From the human T2T-CHM13v2.0 reference genome, Homo sapiens: a stretch of DNA of 64,000 nt. Where the stretch lies: the NCBI RefSeq assembly GCF_009914755.1, contig NC_060934.1; one strand, given 5' to 3'. Shown piece by piece: positions 54,406 through 64,000 of the stretch. A program made the translations under genes and the position numbers. Below the pieces are notes generated by a model that worked only from the letters and a program-made list of their open reading frames with translations, was not told the DNA's origin and did not search any database. Positions within the stretch are counted from its first letter, which is position 1; every line of letters begins with the position of its first letter.

Positions 54406-54566
54406 AATTTTATATAGGAGAGGGGGGTGTGTTCCCATGAGGATCCTTATCTTTCCTGAGCGGCATTAGTGGGAGGTAGCCAAGGGGTAGTGGGTAGGAT
54501 TGAAGGGATTGCTAACTGCTAATATCTGGAATGTGGCAGAACTTGGAATTAACTTGGTAGGTCTGA

Positions 54567-54629
54567 GCATTGATACTGGAGTTACTCATGACAAAGGCAT
54601 TGATACTGGAGTTACTCATGACAAAGGCA
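54567..54629. repeat. Perfect 30-bp tandem duplication
   Basis: gcattgatactggagttactcatgacaaag x2 + gca. Confidence 0.97.
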
Positions 54630-55390
54630 GAGTGTGAACTCTGATCCCGGAGGAAGAAGGGTTATTTTCAACAATCTCTTCAGCTTGAATAGATTGTTGC
54701 TGTGTGTGATTCAGGTTTGGTGCATGACACCTTTCCTCTTCATGGAGCTGACCTAAGGCGGAATATAAGGGAGATGGGAGGGGCAGCTTGGGAAATCAAC
54801 ACCTCCCACCCTCACGACGGATAACCCGAAGGATCTTCTGCAGCAGAGGCAGGAGTCTGGAGGCTGGGATGGTATCAGAAAGGGCCTCCCTGGGTATTGG
54901 AGGCAGTGAAGATGAAGGGCGAGAATCCATTGGCCGTGCCAGTACGCCATGGGGGCGGTTGGGAGATCTTGTAGAACAACTGTTCGAGCCCGCTTGTCCA
55001 CTCATTACTCTGGAATCCGAGTCCCAGCAGGGGCGCGGGAAACCGCTGCTCTGAGAAAAGGTACCTCCCCCAGAAAGACTGCGCGGGAAGTCCCGAGTTT
55101 TCCCGCCACGCCGAGGGCGTGATCCCTGACGTCAGAGCTCCGCCTCCACAAGCTGGCGGCCGGTGGGCTCCGCCCTTAACCAAGATGGCGATACGCGTGG
55201 GACCGGAAAGAGTTTATAGATTTCCCGTCTACCCTACCTCTGAGGTGAAGGTGGGACTGCCCTGTGGAGCCCACCCTTTCCGTTATGCGCCCGCGCGGCG
55301 CAATGACGTAACACAGGCCCGCCCACTGCCCCTGTTGGGTTCCTGAGTCGTGCTGCGTCGACAACGGTAGTGACGCGTATTGCCTGGAGG

Positions 55391-64000
<8,610 letters not shown>

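Overview
Human (primate) genomic DNA, recognisably the LDB1-PPRC1-NOLC1 locus (10q24.3, recognised from the encoded proteins). It holds the complete LDB1 gene on the minus strand (11 coding exons hand-spliced to 1236 nt = 411 aa, a second non-coding first exon near 17.4-18.0 kb, and a long 3'UTR). It also holds the complete PPRC1/PRC gene on the plus strand (14 coding exons, 4995 nt = 1664 aa, including a 2905-nt exon 5) and the 5' part of NOLC1/Nopp140 (exons 1-10, cut by the window end). There are four CpG-island promoters. Alu density is very high, with MIR, L2, L1M, MLT1, MER2, MER44A and MER5 relics; most entries in the ORF track are Alu or GC-rich artefacts. The main second-look items are: (1) an intergenic C/D-box snoRNA-like element resembling SNORD112 at 5271-5339; (2) a 22-codon uORF ending 2 nt before the LDB1 start codon, a possible 411/375-aa isoform switch; (3) in-frame orphan splice donors that could give alternative N-termini for PPRC1 and NOLC1; (4) a four-fold CCACGTGG cluster and a triple ACTAC-N3-TCCC promoter array that, with the PRC DHDY motif, suggest an HCF-1 feedback loop; (5) a cryptic pentapeptide repeat in PRC; (6) a U45 tract next to the LDB1 poly(A) signal; (7) inverted-Alu layouts predicting circRNAs; and (8) several local duplications and hairpins. 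Repeat family names and boundaries were assigned by eye and are approximate.
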